This document shows, one piece after another, positions 1-13,910 of a stretch of DNA of 64,000 bases; within the stretch, counting starts at the first letter, position 1; each line of letters begins with the position of its first letter. The position numbers were made by a program, and so were the translations under genes. The notes below the pieces were generated by a model. It did no database searches and was not told the DNA's origin. It was given only the letters and a program-made list of their open reading frames with translations. This DNA is from the human T2T-CHM13v2.0 reference genome, Homo sapiens. The stretch is from the NCBI RefSeq assembly GCF_009914755.1, contig NC_060929.1. One strand, 5' to 3'.

Positions 1-5
1 AATAA

Positions 6-714
6 TTGCTATTGGGAATAATGCTGTAATGAACATACACATGCATGTCTTTATAATAGAATGATTTATATTCCTCTGGGTATATACCCAATAATGAGAT
101 TGCTGGGTCAAATGGTATTTCTGTGTTTAGGTCTTTGAGGAATCACCACACTGTCTTCCACAATAGCTGAACTAACTTACACTCCCACCAACAGTACATA
201 AGTATTCCTTTTCTCCACAACCCTGTCAGTATCTGCTATTTTATGACTTTTTAATAATAGTCATTCTGACTGATGTGAGATCATTTCTCATTGTGGTTTT
301 GATTTGTGTTTCTCTAGTGATCAGTGATATTGTGCTTTTTTTATGATTGTTGGCCACATGTATGTCTTCTTTTGAGAATTGTCTGTTCATGTCCTTTGCC
401 CACTTTTTAATGGGGTTGTCATTTTTTCTTGTAAAGTTAAATTCCTTATAGATGCTGGATATTAGATCTTTGTCAGATGTATAGTTTGCAAAAATTTTCT
501 CCCATTCTGTAGGTTTTCTGTTTACTCTGTTGATAATTTCTTTTGCTTTGCAGAAGCTCTTTAGTTTAATTAGTCCCATTTGTCAATTTTTCCTTTTATT
601 GCAATTGCTTTTGGTGTCTTTGTCATGAAATCGTTGCCTGTTCCTATGTCTTGAATGGTATTGCCTAGGTTATCTTCTGGAGTTTTTGTAGCTTTGGGTT
701 TTACATTTAAGTCT
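6..714 (-). mobile_element. L1 (old L1PA/L1PB) ORF2 3' region, part 1
   Basis: Minus-strand ORF 241-579 ([12 protein letters not shown]...[11 protein letters not shown]...[19 protein letters not shown]) is L1 ORF2p C-terminal sequence. Confidence 0.95.
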
Positions 715-2988
715 TCATATGGTTTGGCTGTGTCCCCACCCAAATCTCATCTTTAGTTGTAGCTCCCATAATTTCCAAATGTCTGGAAAAGACTCAGTGG
801 ATGGTAACTGAATCACGGGAATTCAGCATTGAATCCCATGCTGTTCTCATGATACTGAATGAGTCTCATGAGATCTGATGGTTTTATAAAGGGGAGTTCC
901 CCTGCAAATGTTCTCTTTGTCTGCTGCCATGTAAGCTGTGACTTTGCTCCTCCTTCGCCTTCTGCCATGATTGTGTTGCCTTCCCAGCCATGTGGAACTA
1001 TGAGTCCATTAAACCTCTGTTTCTTAATAAATTACCCAGTCTCATGCTGTCTTTGTTAGCAGCATGAGAACAGACTAGTACAGTAAATTGGTTCTGGGTA
1101 GAGGGGTGCTGCAGTAAAGATACCCAAAAATGTGGAAGCAACTTTGGAACTGGGTAACAGGCAAAGGTTGGAACTGTTTGGAGGGCTCAAAGACAGGAAG
1201 ATGTGAGAAAGCTTGGAACTTCCTAGAAACTTGTTGAATGGCTTTAACCAAAATGCTGATAGTGATATGGACAATAAAATCCAGGCTGAGGTGGTCTCAG
1301 ATGGAGATGAGGAACTTGTTGAGAACTGGAGTACATGCCACTCTTGCTATGCAAAGAGACTGGCAGCATTTTGCCCCTGCCCTAGAGTTCTGTAGAACTT
1401 TGAACTTGAGAGAGATGATTTAGGGTATCTGGCAGAAGAAATTTCTAAGCAGCAAAGCACTCAAAAGGAAGCAGAGCAGAAAAATTTGGAAAATTGTCAC
1501 CTGACAATGCAGTAGAAAAGAAAACCCTAGTTTTTGGTGAGAAATTCAAGCCAGCTGCAGAAATTTGCATAAGTAACCAGAAGCCAAATGTTAATCACCA
1601 AGACAATAAAAATGTCTCCAAGGCATGTCAGAGACCTTTATGGCAGCCCCTCCCATCACAGGCCTGGAGGCCTAGAAGGAAAAAATGGTTTTGCAGGCTG
1701 GGCCCAGGGTCCTCTTGCTCTATGCAGCCTTGGGACATGGTGCCCTGCATCCCAGGTGCTTCAACTCCAGCCGTGGCTAAAAGGGGCCAACACACAGGTC
1801 AGGCCATTGCTTCAGAAACTACAAGCCCCAAGCCTTGGTGGCTTACATGAGGTGTTGGGCCTGTGGATGCACAGAAGTCAAGAATTGAGGTTTGGGAACC
1901 TCCACCTGGATTTCAGAGGATGTATGGAAACACCTGGATGTCCAGACAGAAGTTTGCTGCAGCAGTGGAGCCCTCATGAAAAACTTTGCTAGGGCAGTGC
2001 AGAAGGGAAATGTGGGGTCACAGTCCCCACACAGAGTCTCCACTGGGGCACTGCCTAGTGAAGGACTGAGAAGAGGGCCACTGTCCTCCATATCCCACAA
2101 TGGTAGATCCACTGACAGCTTGCACCATGCTTCTGGAATAGCTGCAGACACTCAATGCCAGCCCATGAAAGCAGCCAGGAGGTAGGCTATACCCTTGCAA
2201 AGCCACAGGGGTGGAGTTGCTTAAGGCTGTGGGAGCCTACCTCTTGCTCTCACACATCAGTGTGGCCTGGATGTGAGGCGTAGAGTCAAAGGAAACCATT
2301 TTGGAACTTTACAGTTTAATAACTGCTCTATTCGATTTCAGAGTTGCATGGGACCTGTAGCCCCTTTGTTTTGGCCAATTTCTCCCATTTGGCACAGGCA
2401 TATTTACCCAATTCCTGTATCCCCATTGTATCTGGGAAGTAACTAACTTGCTTTTGATTTTATAGGCTCCTAGACAGAAGGGACTTGCCTTATCTCAGAT
2501 GAAACTTTGGACTGTGGACTTTTGAGTTAATGCTGAAATGAGTTAAGACTTTGGAAGACTGTTGGAAAGGCATAATTGGTTTTGAAATGTGAAGACATGA
2601 GATTTGGGAGGGGTCAGGGGTGGTATGATATGGTTTGCCTGTGTCCCCACTCGAATCTTATCTTGAATTGTAGCTCCCATAATTCCCACATGTCTGGGAG
2701 GTACTCAGTGGGAGGTAACTGAATCATGGAGGGGGTCTTTCCCATGCCATTCTCATGATAGTGAATAAGTCTCACAAGATCTGATGGTTTTTATAAAGGG
2801 GAGTTCCCCTACAAATTCCCTTTGCCTGCCACCATGTAAGTCATGACTTTGCTTCTCCTTCTCCTTCTGCCATGATTGTGAGGCCTCTCCAGCCATGTGG
2901 AACTGTGAGTCCATTAAACTTCTATTTCTTTTTAAATTACCCAGTGTCAGGTATGTCTTTATTAGCAGTGTGAGAACAGACTAATATA
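715..2988 (+). mobile_element. Complete THE1 (THE1B-like, ERVL-MaLR) element: LTR 715-1082, internal 1083-2625, LTR 2626-2988
   Basis: Two ~365-bp direct repeats starting t(c/g)atatggtttg and ending cagactagtaca/cagactaatata; purine-rich tract before the 3' LTR; 5-bp TSD agtct at 710-714 and 2989-2993. Confidence 0.93.
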
Positions 2989-3712
2989 AGTCTTTAATCC
3001 ATCTTGAGTTGATTTTGTATATGGTGTAAGCCAAGGGTTCAGTTTCAGCTTTCTGCATATTGGCTAGCCAGTTATCCCAGCACCATTTATTGAATAGAAA
3101 ATCCTTTCCGTATTGCTTGTTTTTGTCAGGTTGGTCAAAGATCAGATAGTTGTGGGTGTGTAGTCTTATTTCCAGGTTCTCTATATTCTGTTCCATTGGT
3201 CTATGTGTCTGTTCTTGTACAAGTACCATGCTGTTTTGGTTACTGTACCCCTGTAGTGTAGTTTGAAGTCAAGTAGTGTGATGCCTCCAGCTTTGTTCTT
3301 TTTGCTTAGTGTTGCCTTGGCTTTTGGTCTCTTTTTTGGTTTTGTATGAATTTTAAAATAGTTTTCTCTAGTTCTGTGAAGAATGTCAATGGTAGTTTAA
3401 AGGGAGTAGCATTGAATCTATAAATTGCTTTGGGAAGTATGGCCATTTTAATGATATCAATTCTCCCTATTCATGAGCATGGAATGTTTTTCCATTTGTT
3501 TGTGTCATCTCTGATTTCTTTGAACAGTGGTTTGTTGTTCTCTTTTTAGAGATCTTTCCCCTCCCTTGCTAACTGTATCCCCAGGTATTTTATTCTTTTG
3601 TGGCAATTGTGAATGTAGCAAAAGTTCATTCATTATTTGGCTCTCAGCTTGATTGTTGTTGGTGTATAGGAATGCTAGTGATTTTTACATATTGATTTTG
3701 TATTCTGAGACT
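2989..3712 (-). mobile_element. L1 ORF2 region, part 2 (continues 6-714)
   Basis: L1 sequence resumes exactly across the THE1 TSD (catttaagtct|ttaatccatcttgag); ORF 2981-3229 [23 protein letters not shown]. Confidence 0.93.
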
Positions 3713-4196
3713 TTCTATTATAAAGACACATGCACACATATGTTTATTGCAGCACTATTCACAATAGCTGAGACATGGAATCAACTCAAATGCTCACCAA
3801 TTATAGACTGGATAAAGAAAATGTGTTACATATACACCATGGAATACTATTCAGCCATAAAAGAGAATGAGATCATGTCCTTTGCAGGAACATGGGTGGA
3901 GCTGGAGGCCATTACCCTTAGCAAACTAACACAGGCACAGAAAACCAAATACCTCAAGTCTCACTTATAAGTTGGAGCTAAATGATGAGAACACATGGAC
4001 ACATAGAGGGGAACAACACACACTGGGGCCTACTGGAGGGTGGAGGGTGGGAGGATGGAGAGGTCAGGAAAACCAACTAATGGGTGCTAGGCTTAATACC
4101 TGGGTGATGAAATAATCTGTACAATGAACCCCTCTGACACACGTTTACCTATGTAACAAACCTGCACATGTACCCCTGAACTTAAGTTAAAAAAAT
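3713..4196 (+). mobile_element. L1 3' end (L1PA13-16-like), sense orientation
   Basis: YKDTCTHMFIAALFTIA...WIKKM; 3'UTR ending aacctgcacatgtacccctgaacttaa plus A-rich tail. Confidence 0.92.
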
Positions 4197-4517
4197 TGCA
4201 TAAAAATGTATTTATTTATATGGAAATAAGTTCAAACTTTAGTCAAACATTAACAAATTAAGATTGTATTCAAACAATAATATTTGATTTCTAAAAATTT
4301 AGAATTGGATGCACTAGCAGTGATTATCTTTGTGTGACGAGTTATTTGTACTTTCTTTGTGCTTATTTGTAACTTTCTGATCTTTTTACAAGAAACAAAT
4401 AATACAGCAATAACTCTTTCAAGTCTCAGGCTTCTTGGTAGGAGCTCAAGCCTGTATATACAATCCTCTTTGAAGTTGATCTTTAACTATAATTCCTAGT
4501 TATTTTATTTGTTGCTA

Positions 4518-5019
<502 letters not shown>

Positions 5020-5129
5020 CTATCTTAGAAATTGCTTTGAAAATTGATTTATAGTCATTCAAGGAATTATTTCTTGAATGTACTCATCTTATTCTGTCTT
5101 TAGGCTCATTTTATATTTGGCAAACATAC

Positions 5130-5390
5130 TGTATCAGTCAGAATCCTAACAGGAAACAGACGGCACAGTCAACAGTATAATTGAAGAGCGTTTGATAAAG
5201 GGACCGTTTACAAAGATGAGGGCAGAGCTCCGGAAAAGCCAAATGCCTTGGCTGGCAACATCAGAGAGTGACCACCCTGCCTGGGTTGAAAGAGCAAGAG
5301 GGAGGACCTATTATCAGAACTCCGAAAGGGCCACCTGAGAGAAGCAGGGATTTCATAGAACAAAAGTTATTATCCTGGTCACGTAGGGCA
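5130..5390 (-). mobile_element. Ancient ERVL-type LTR fragment (LTR33/LTR41-like)
   Basis: tgtatcagtcag...caggaaacagacggcaca start resembles copies at ~46020 and ~60440. Confidence 0.45.
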
Positions 5391-5439
5391 GCTGTACTAC
5401 ATGTTTTGGCTCAGCCTTTCAGGCAGCTTCAATCTCAGG

Positions 5440-5630
5440 ACAGCTCCATATCAACATAAGCTTTCACAATCATCATGGCAGGAGAAGAGCCTGGATAAGC
5501 ACATGCCAGCTCTTAAATGCTGCTAATTAGAAGTGGTGCATCACTTCTGCTCACATTCCATTGGCCAAAGCAAATTATTTGGCTTTGCCCACCCAACTTC
5601 AAGGGAGTAGGGAAGACAGTCTTCCTATCT
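5440..5630 (-). mobile_element. MLT1 (MaLR) LTR fragment
   Basis: catcacttctgctcacattccattggccaaagcaa motif of old MLT1 LTRs. Confidence 0.6.
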
Positions 5631-5649
5631 ACTCAAAAACAAAGGAGAG

Positions 5650-6002
<353 letters not shown>

Positions 6003-6063
6003 TTATGCTGCATTCTTTTGTATGAGAAAGAAACTTTCATTGGACAATAATACATGCTCTACA

Positions 6064-6396
6064 GCTATGCTGTCCAATACACTAGCCATCAGCCACATGT
6101 GGCTACTGAGCACTAGAAATGTGTCAAGTCTCAATCTAGATGTGTGGTAAGTGTAAAACAAACCTCAGATTTCAAAGACTTAGCATGAAAAAGAACATAA
6201 AATAGTTCATTACTGATTTTAAAATATTGAGTACATGTTAAAATGATAATGTTTGATATCTTGGGTTAAGCACAAATCTATTATTAAAAGTAATTTTACC
6301 CAGTTTTGCTTTTTAAAATGTTGTTTCTAGAACATTTTTAATTACACATGTGGCTTGCATTTGTAGTTTGCATTGTATTGCTGTTGAACAGCCCTG
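6064..6396 (-). mobile_element. MER33 (hAT-Charlie) DNA transposon
   Basis: gctgtccaata...agccacatgtggctactgagcact...ttgaacagccctg termini. Confidence 0.8.
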
Positions 6397-6889
6397 CTCT
6401 AAAGAGTCCTATGGTTTCTAACAGGGTTCTTACTAGAAAGAGGTGAAGAATTACCAAACTCTGCTGGAATTCTCTAGAATAAATTTTTACTTTAATTGAT
6501 CTTGGAAAAAATGGATTTTTTTTCTTTTATTTTAGTGTCTGATTTAAATTTCTTTATACAAATTCAGTATCATTTTTTTCTCTCTTCCATAAAGGCACAG
6601 CACAGATGGTTCAGAGAAACCATTATTCTACATAAAGTCTTTTTTATAAAATGTGGTTACATGAAATTCAGTTTGATTAAAACAAAGGGAGCCATTCCTC
6701 AAACACGTTGTTTTTCAGTTTCTTAGTTTTTCACAGATATTCAACTTGAAGTCTTCAACTTTTTTTTTTTTTTTTAACTGGGAGGGAGAGTACAGAGAAG
6801 GCCACTCACCTTGCCTTTTCATATATATGTAGAGCTGAAATTGTAAGATGTTCTGAAGTTTTCTTGGAATTTTGGTCTAGCAAAAACTA

Positions 6890-7960
6890 TTGAGTGGTCT
6901 GTGCCACAGATGTCCTTCCTCCTCTCCACCCACCCTAGACCCCTCTTCTTCCCCTGTACCCATCTGTCTGCCCTGGATGCTGACTTGGGTGGTCTGCACC
7001 AGAAGTCTCTCATCTTTGACTTTTGGTTCTGTTCAGCTAATGGAGAGTTCTGGCCAGACAATCAAGGAGGGAGGGGAGCAGGGTCAGAGTGTCTACTCAC
7101 CTGGTTCCCTCCTGCAAGGTCGCCTGGTGCTGAACATCCAGAGGTGTCAGGAAAAGAGCATCACTGCAAATAACCCAGGAAGAAAGGATTTAATATAGAA
7201 AGAAGAGCTTAGGCAAAAGGTGGAGGGCACTGGGATGAGAAAGTCTGGATGACAGATTCAGAGGGTCAGAGAGATAATCATAGTCACTCTAGCCAGTGCA
7301 TTGGCATCAGGGCTTCCCAGTATGATAGAGATCATAGACAGTCTACGAAGCAATGCATGTTTGGTTATTGAGTGGGACCCAGAAAAGGGAGGTTGTCAAG
7401 GAGTCTGTGGAAGCTGCCGCTAAGTAGGGTGGGCTTGAGGCTGATTTGGTGAGCAGTGACAGCCCTTAGAGAAACATGCTATATTCAGAGCAGGAAGAGA
7501 GAGGGCCAGTGTGGGGAGGCCTGCCAGAAACATCACATCTCTCTGTCACTGTCTGACCAAGATGACCTCCCAAAAGTAATGGTTTTTCCCTCAAGTTCAC
7601 CTTCCAAATTTCACTTGAATTCCTCTCCTTGGCAAACCCTAACTTGGAACTATACTGGGAAGGGCATTCAGGAAACTGACTTCCCAGCCTCAGACAGGAG
7701 CAGAGGTATCAAGCTGACAACAGTCTGGCATAGGCCAGCTGTGTCTCGTGACTGAGGGCCGTGTTACTTTAAGGAAGCCTTCTTTTCACCACTGCAAGTT
7801 CCAGAGTTTGCCTCGGCTCATGCTTTCAGGCCTGAGATATCCCTTTTCAGATGTTGGGAGTGGTAACAGCTTCCTTGGGTGAATGCCCTATCCCTTGTGA
7901 TTCCCGAACACTCTGCCCTCCCTCCCCCATGAATAATCTTGATCTGAGGGTGCTGTCTGC
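6890..7960 (+). mobile_element. Old ERVL LTR (LTR33/LTR16-like), probably split by another old LTR at ~7140-7730
   Basis: gttcagctaatggagag...ggagggaggggagcagggtcagagtgt motif; second half resumes near 7730. Confidence 0.45.
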
Positions 7961-8646
7961 ATTCCACTGTGACTCAGACTGACAGGTCCCCTGGCATCTT
8001 GTGGGAGGCTGTATTAAAACAAGAGGTCTTAGTGTCTCCGCCAATAACTAAAGGACACAGGAGAGCAACATTTTAAAAAGAGATTTGCTGAAGTCTAGGA
8101 AAATAAGGCAGTTTTTCCTGCCTTTCTGCCTGAGTTTTTTAAAGGCTTTACAATACCTTTTAGGAAAAATAAACTCATTATAATAATACTAAGTTAAAAA
8201 AGGAAGTTATCAGGATGCATTTTATATGTTATAGTTTATTCTTTAGCAAAGAAATATCAAGATTCCAACCACACATTAAGCTTAACACTCATAGCTTCTT
8301 GGTCTTCCAAAGTGTACCTTGTACTTCTTTTGGATGGGAGGTTGAAAAACTTCCTTTGTTTCTTCACCCCCAATTATTTCTCTAATGAGAGGCTTAGACT
8401 AGATGATCTCAAGTATCCCTTGTATACTCATAAGGGATACGAAACATTCCCTGTTTCAGTCAAGTTTGTGGCGTATATTGATTGGTGAGGAAAATGTTTA
8501 GAGATCTTTTTGAAGCACTAGGTGAGTATATTGTGAAACAAAATTTACCTTCCCATTTCACTAAGAGAATGAGAGACATTTTCACTAATACCTTTGAAAG
8601 CATTATGCAAAAGAGTGCATGGTTCTAATAGAACCCCAGCCTAGTT

Positions 8647-8869
8647 CAGGAGTTGGCAAACAATGGCCTGTGAGTCAAATCCAGCCTGCTGCTTGTTTTT
8701 GTAAATTAACTTTTACTGAAACAGAGCCATGCTTATCTGTTTACATATTGTCTATGGCTGCTTTCTCACTACCACTACAGAGCTGAGTAGTTGCAACAAA
8801 GTTTATCTGGCCCACAAAGCTTAAAATATTTACTACCTGGCCCTTAACAGAAAAAGTTTGCCAACCCCT
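8647..8869 (+). mobile_element. MER58A (hAT-Charlie)
   Basis: Terminal inverted repeats caggagttggcaaac / gtttgccaacccct. Confidence 0.88.
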
Positions 8870-9879
8870 AGTTTAAGTAATAAAATTTGTAAGCAGCTCT
8901 CTTCAAGTAAAATTCCCTCTCTAGATTTTTCAGAAAAGATATAACCTGAGATCCTAACAATGGGTAACTTAGAGTACAAATAAATGTCTATTTTGGATGC
9001 ATGAAAATTATAGTACCTCATATAATACGTCAGAGGCAGCCTGATAGCCCTGGGATCTAATCTCAATTTTGTTATTTACCAGCTTAATGACCTTGTGCAA
9101 GTTACCTAATCTATTCTCAGTTGTAAAATCGCATGAAAGAGTATGTGAAGCACCCTAAATTTCTATCCAAAATAATCCAAAAGTGAAGGATTATTGAATA
9201 TTAATTTTTACACTGAAGAAAGATGAAAGATCTGAATCTATGGGGTTAGAAGGTTGGAAATGCATCATATGGGTATAGAACTTAGAATGCAATGTACTCT
9301 AAATTATTAAACAACATTTTCTTCCCATTGCTCCCGTAAAGCCACTCCTTCAACAGAAAAACTTGACTCTCTTAGGCAACATATTGGAAACTGTGCATAG
9401 GAGTGAGAAACACAACAGCAGAATTTAGAATGAATGTAGCCTGGCAACTGTGTGTACCGGGACCCTGGCCAGCAATGCCTTAGGATAGGAGAGCTCTCAA
9501 GCTATGAAGAACACTGCAGTGGGCTCTGCAACTGGACTGTGCAATGGAAGCTTCCAGCTGTGGAGGCACAAGGAGATTGATCTCTAAATGAGGAACAGAC
9601 AACCTGCCGAGGAACACCTGTGTTCCTCAAATGTCAAACCTAGATCTAGAAGGGTTTAGAGACACAACCCAGAGGAAAGCCTGGGGAACATACAAAGGTT
9701 TAAAAAGACCATCCTTTTGTATTTACTTTCAGAACGAAAGGAGGAATAAATCTAATTCTTCTCTTCTGGCTCTGCAAAGTTCGAAGTCCACCAACACACT
9801 TCAGCTTGAGCTGAAATTCAACAGATAAGAAAAGATTCTTAATGATTAATCAGCCCCAACACAGTTCTGGAGAAAGAAA

Positions 9880-10010
9880 GAGACTTTATTTTCATTTTAT
9901 AGATGGGGAAACTGAGGCTGTGAGCGGTCAGAACCCCTTTGGGGTCATACAATTTTTTTGTGCAGATTGAGAAAGAATCTCTGGGTCTCTGACTCCTGCT
10001 CTACTCTTCT
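9880..10010 (-). mobile_element. MIR fragment
   Basis: MIR core cattttatagatggggaaactgaggct. Confidence 0.7.
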
Positions 10011-10559
10011 TCTCTAGAACCCAGAACTTGTGTAGAATACACTGGACCTCCTCTGATTTATGACATGACCTTGGCATGTTGGGGAATCTCTGTACTTTCG
10101 TTCCCTTCTCTGTAAAATGGTCAGAATTCCTGTCTATCTTTCCACATAAATATATTGAAGTTCAAATGTGTTCACAGACAGGAAATCGTGCTTCAGTGGA
10201 TTTGGCAGATGCTTATTTTCCTACATAAAATTCATCCTCTTCTTTCTAATTGCTTGCAGCAATCTGCCCAGCTTCAGGGAATAAATCATGATTAAACCAC
10301 TACAGTTATGGTAGTCCCATGCCCTTTTGCCAGAGGTTGGACTAGATATTTTCATGTGACCCAGACTCCTCAATAAAATCTGGAGGAGAGCCTGAAATGG
10401 GTTTTAGAAAACTCTAAGGATAGTCCTGTTATACCTCTTGAAAGTCACAGGTGGTAATGTGCAGAAAAGTTTAAGTGTCTGCAAAGGATACTCTCATGTG
10501 CGGTATGAGGTAAGATGGAAGACAGCAGGGGTGGAGCAAAGCACAAGTCAGTTACAAAC

Positions 10560-11475
10560 TCACACACTGATTCAACAAATATTTATGGTGTGCCCACCAT
10601 GTGTTAGGCACTGGAAACACATCAGAGAACAAAACAGACCAAATTCCTGGGCCCCATGGAAATTACATTCTAGCAAGGTGAAACAAACAAGAGAAGTAAG
10701 TACAACATGCAGCATATTGGTAATAAGTGCAAAAGAAACCAATGAAGCAGAAATAGGGAAGTGAATGAATTAGGGTGTTGAGATTTTAGGTAGGGTAATG
10801 AAGGATGTCCTCCTGGAGAAGGCAGCTTTTGCATAAAGCCTGAAGGAAGTGAGGAAGTGAGCCATGGTGGAATCTGGAGTCAGAACAGCCCTCTCAGAGG
10901 AGACAGTGAGGAGGCTGGTGTGGCTGGAATGGAGTGAGCCATGGGGGAGGAGTAGAAATTGTGATCAGTGGTATTGAGAGCCACATCAGTTGTGTGAACC
11001 CTCAAAAGCACTGTGGTTCTTACCCTGAGTCACACAGGAATCCAGGGAAAGGTTTTGAGCAGAGAGATGTGGACAAATCTTTATCTTAGCAGGATCATTC
11101 TAGCAGCTTTGTACAAGTAGGCTGAAGAGGCACAAGGACAGAAATGAACCACATAGTAGGATATTTAATATAGGTGAGAGTCATTGGCAGCTTCAGCCAG
11201 AGTGGTAGCTTGGAAAGGTAAGAAGTTGTTCAAAATCTAGATATAATTGAAGACAGAGTTGGCAGGTTCTATTAAATATAAGAGTGGGGTTTGAGGAAGT
11301 TGAGGATGACTCCAAGGTTTTTGATTTGAGCACCTAGATTGATGGAGTCTGGAAGATTGTAGGAACATCAGGATTTGGAGGCAAGGCCAGAATCTTGCTT
11401 TTCATCTTGTTTGAGATGCCTATTAGTCATCTAAGTGGACATGTCAAGCAGGCCATTGGATAACAAGTCTAACAA
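10560..11475 (-). mobile_element. L2 3' portion
   Basis: attcaacaaatatttat...tgtgttaggcactgg; tgaggatgactccaaggtttt; tttgagatgcctattagtcatctaagtgga. Confidence 0.85.
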
Positions 11476-11549
11476 ATTGGGCATTTAATTGCATGGAAGA
11501 AACACCAGAAATGAGTCACAGGGAAGCATCTGACTCTCTGTGTGAAAAG

Positions 11550-11935
11550 CAGGATAATTTCTTCAAACCTCAATTTCCTCATCATTGAAATGGGAGTAAC
11601 AACCAGTGTTGTGAAGGTTTAATAAGATGATAAAAGGACCTAGCACAGTTTTTTTGAGCAATAAACAGTAAATATTATTAATAATTACTTACTATTTTTA
11701 CATTTTCCTACCTGAGTAGAATCTACAGAAAATTAAGTCACTTGACCTACCATTTAGTTTCCTTGTCCTAAGAATAAAGGAATCTCTGAGTATTTTTAAT
11801 GGGCTTGGTGACTTACAATTTCTTATAGCTGTCATATAGGTCTAGGGTAAAGATGCAATTTTTTTCCTGTTTTATAGATGAGGAAACAGACTTAGAAGTA
11901 AAATAACTTTCCCAAAGTTACACAACTAGTGTCAT
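11550..11935. mobile_element. Two MIR fragments in opposite orientation
   Basis: cctcaatttcctcatcattgaaatggg and ttttatagatgaggaaacaga cores. Confidence 0.65.
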
Positions 11936-12278
11936 CTTCGAAGATCAGTTTTTCAATTATTTTTAATTTAACACATTGCATCTTTAAGAACCTTCTCAAA
12001 TATATCTACTTTTTACTGACACCGATTTTAAAAAATGAACACTTTCCCTCCATGTTAATAAATAATTTTTAGGAAGAGGTTCTCAAAATTTAGTTTTCAG
12101 AGAACAAAAGTCTAGATAGAGTAGGGAATTCTTACCCACAATAAGAATTAATGCAAATATGGATGTTTCATAATGAATGATGATAACCTTCTGGGTTTAC
12201 ACTTAATGGATATGTCCACTTGACAAATGGCATAGCGATTATCCAACACTTCCCCATGTAGGTTGATCCACAGTAACA

Positions 12279-13910
12279 AATGGCCATACTGCCCAAAGTA
12301 ATTTATAGATTCAATGCCATCCGCATCAAGATACCATTGACTTTCTTCACAGAATTAGAAAAAACTACTTTAAATTTCATATGGAACCAAAAAAGAGCCC
12401 ATATAGTCAAGACAATCCTAAGCAAAAAGACCAAAGCTGGAGGCATCGTGCTACCTGACTTCAAACTATACTACCAGGCTGCAGTAACCGAAACAGCATA
12501 GTACTGGTACAAAAACAGATATATAGACCAATGGAACAGAACAGAGGCCTCAGAAATAACGCCACACATCTACAACCATCTGATCTTTGACAAACCTGAC
12601 AAAAACAAGCAATGGGGAAAGGATTCCCTATTTAATAAATGGTGTTGGGAAAATTGGCTAGCCATATGCAGAAAACTGAAACTGGACCCCTTGCTTATAC
12701 CTTATACAAAAATTAACTCAAGATGGATTAAAGACTTAAATGTAAGATCTAAAACCATAAAAACCCTAGAAGAAAACCTAGGCAATACCATTCAGGACAT
12801 AGGCATGGGCAAAGACTTCATGACTAAAACACCAAGAGCAATGGCAACAAAAGCCAAAATTGACAAATGGGATCTAATTAAACTAAAGAGCTTCTGCACA
12901 GCAAAAGAAACTATCATCAGAGTGAATAGGCAACCTACAGAATGGGAGAAAATGTTTGCAATCTATCCATCTAACAAAGGGCTAATATCCAGAATCTACA
13001 AAGAACTTAAACAAAATTATAAGAAAAAACAAACAACCCTACCAAAAAGTGGGTGAAGGATATGAACAGATACTTCTCAAAAGAAGACATTTATGCAGCC
13101 AAAAAGCATTTGAAAAAAAGTTCATCATCACTGGTCATTAGAGAAATGCAAATCAACACCACAATGAGATACCATCTCACACAAGTTAGAATGGTGATCA
13201 TTAAAAAGTCAGGAAACAACAGATGCTGGAAAGGATCTGGAGAAATAGGAATGCTTTTACACTGTTGGCAAGAGTGTAAATTAGTTCAACCATTGTGGAA
13301 GACAGTGCAGTGATTCCTCAAGGATCTAGAACCAGAAATACCATTTGACCCAGCAATCCCATTACTGGGTATACACCCAAAGGATTATAAATCTTTCTAC
13401 TATAAAGACATATGCACACGTATGTTTATTGCAGCAATGTTCACAATAGCAAAGACTTGGAACTAACCCACATGCCCATCAATGATAGACTGGATAAAGA
13501 AAATGTGGCACATAAACAATGTGGAATACTGTGCAGCCATAAAAAAGGATGAGTTCATGTCCTTTGCAGGGTCATGGATGAAGCTGGAAACCTTTATTCT
13601 CAGCAAACTAACACAGGAACAGAAAACCAAACACCACATGTTCTCACTGATAAGTGGGAGTTGAACAATGAGAACACATGGACTTAGGGAGGGGAACATC
13701 ACACACCGGGGCCTGTCGGGGGGTGGGCGCTAGGGGAGCGATAACATTAGGAGAAATACCTAATGTAGATGATGAGTTGATGGGTGCAGCAAACCACCAT
13801 GGCATGCGTATACCTATGTAACAAACCTGCACATTCTGCACATGTATCCCAGAACTTAAAGTATAACAGAAATAAAAAAAATAAATTAAATAAAAATAAA
13901 TAAATAAATA
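12279..13910 (+). mobile_element. 5'-truncated L1PA (L1PA7/8-like): ORF2 3' end, 3'UTR and poly(A)
   Basis: ORFs [14 protein letters not shown]..., [13 protein letters not shown]..., [18 protein letters not shown] (zinc knuckle), broken by stops and frameshifts; (TAAA)n tail. Confidence 0.97.

Noticed and set aside
1213-2206. Cluster of ORFs in the THE1 internal region
   Set aside because: Fragmented MaLR internal sequence; no continuous coding frame.
8413-8440. Hairpin gtatccctt...aagggatac
   Set aside because: Too short for a pre-miRNA and no other support.
9609-9628. Near-perfect palindrome gaggaacac-ct-gtgttcctc
   Set aside because: A 9-bp stem on its own; plausible by chance in 64 kb.
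12280-13664. Reverse-transcriptase-element ORFs (L1 ORF2p C-terminus)
   Set aside because: 5'-truncated, with stops and frameshifts; a fossil L1. The same applies to 241-579, 41077-41508 and 61603-61806.
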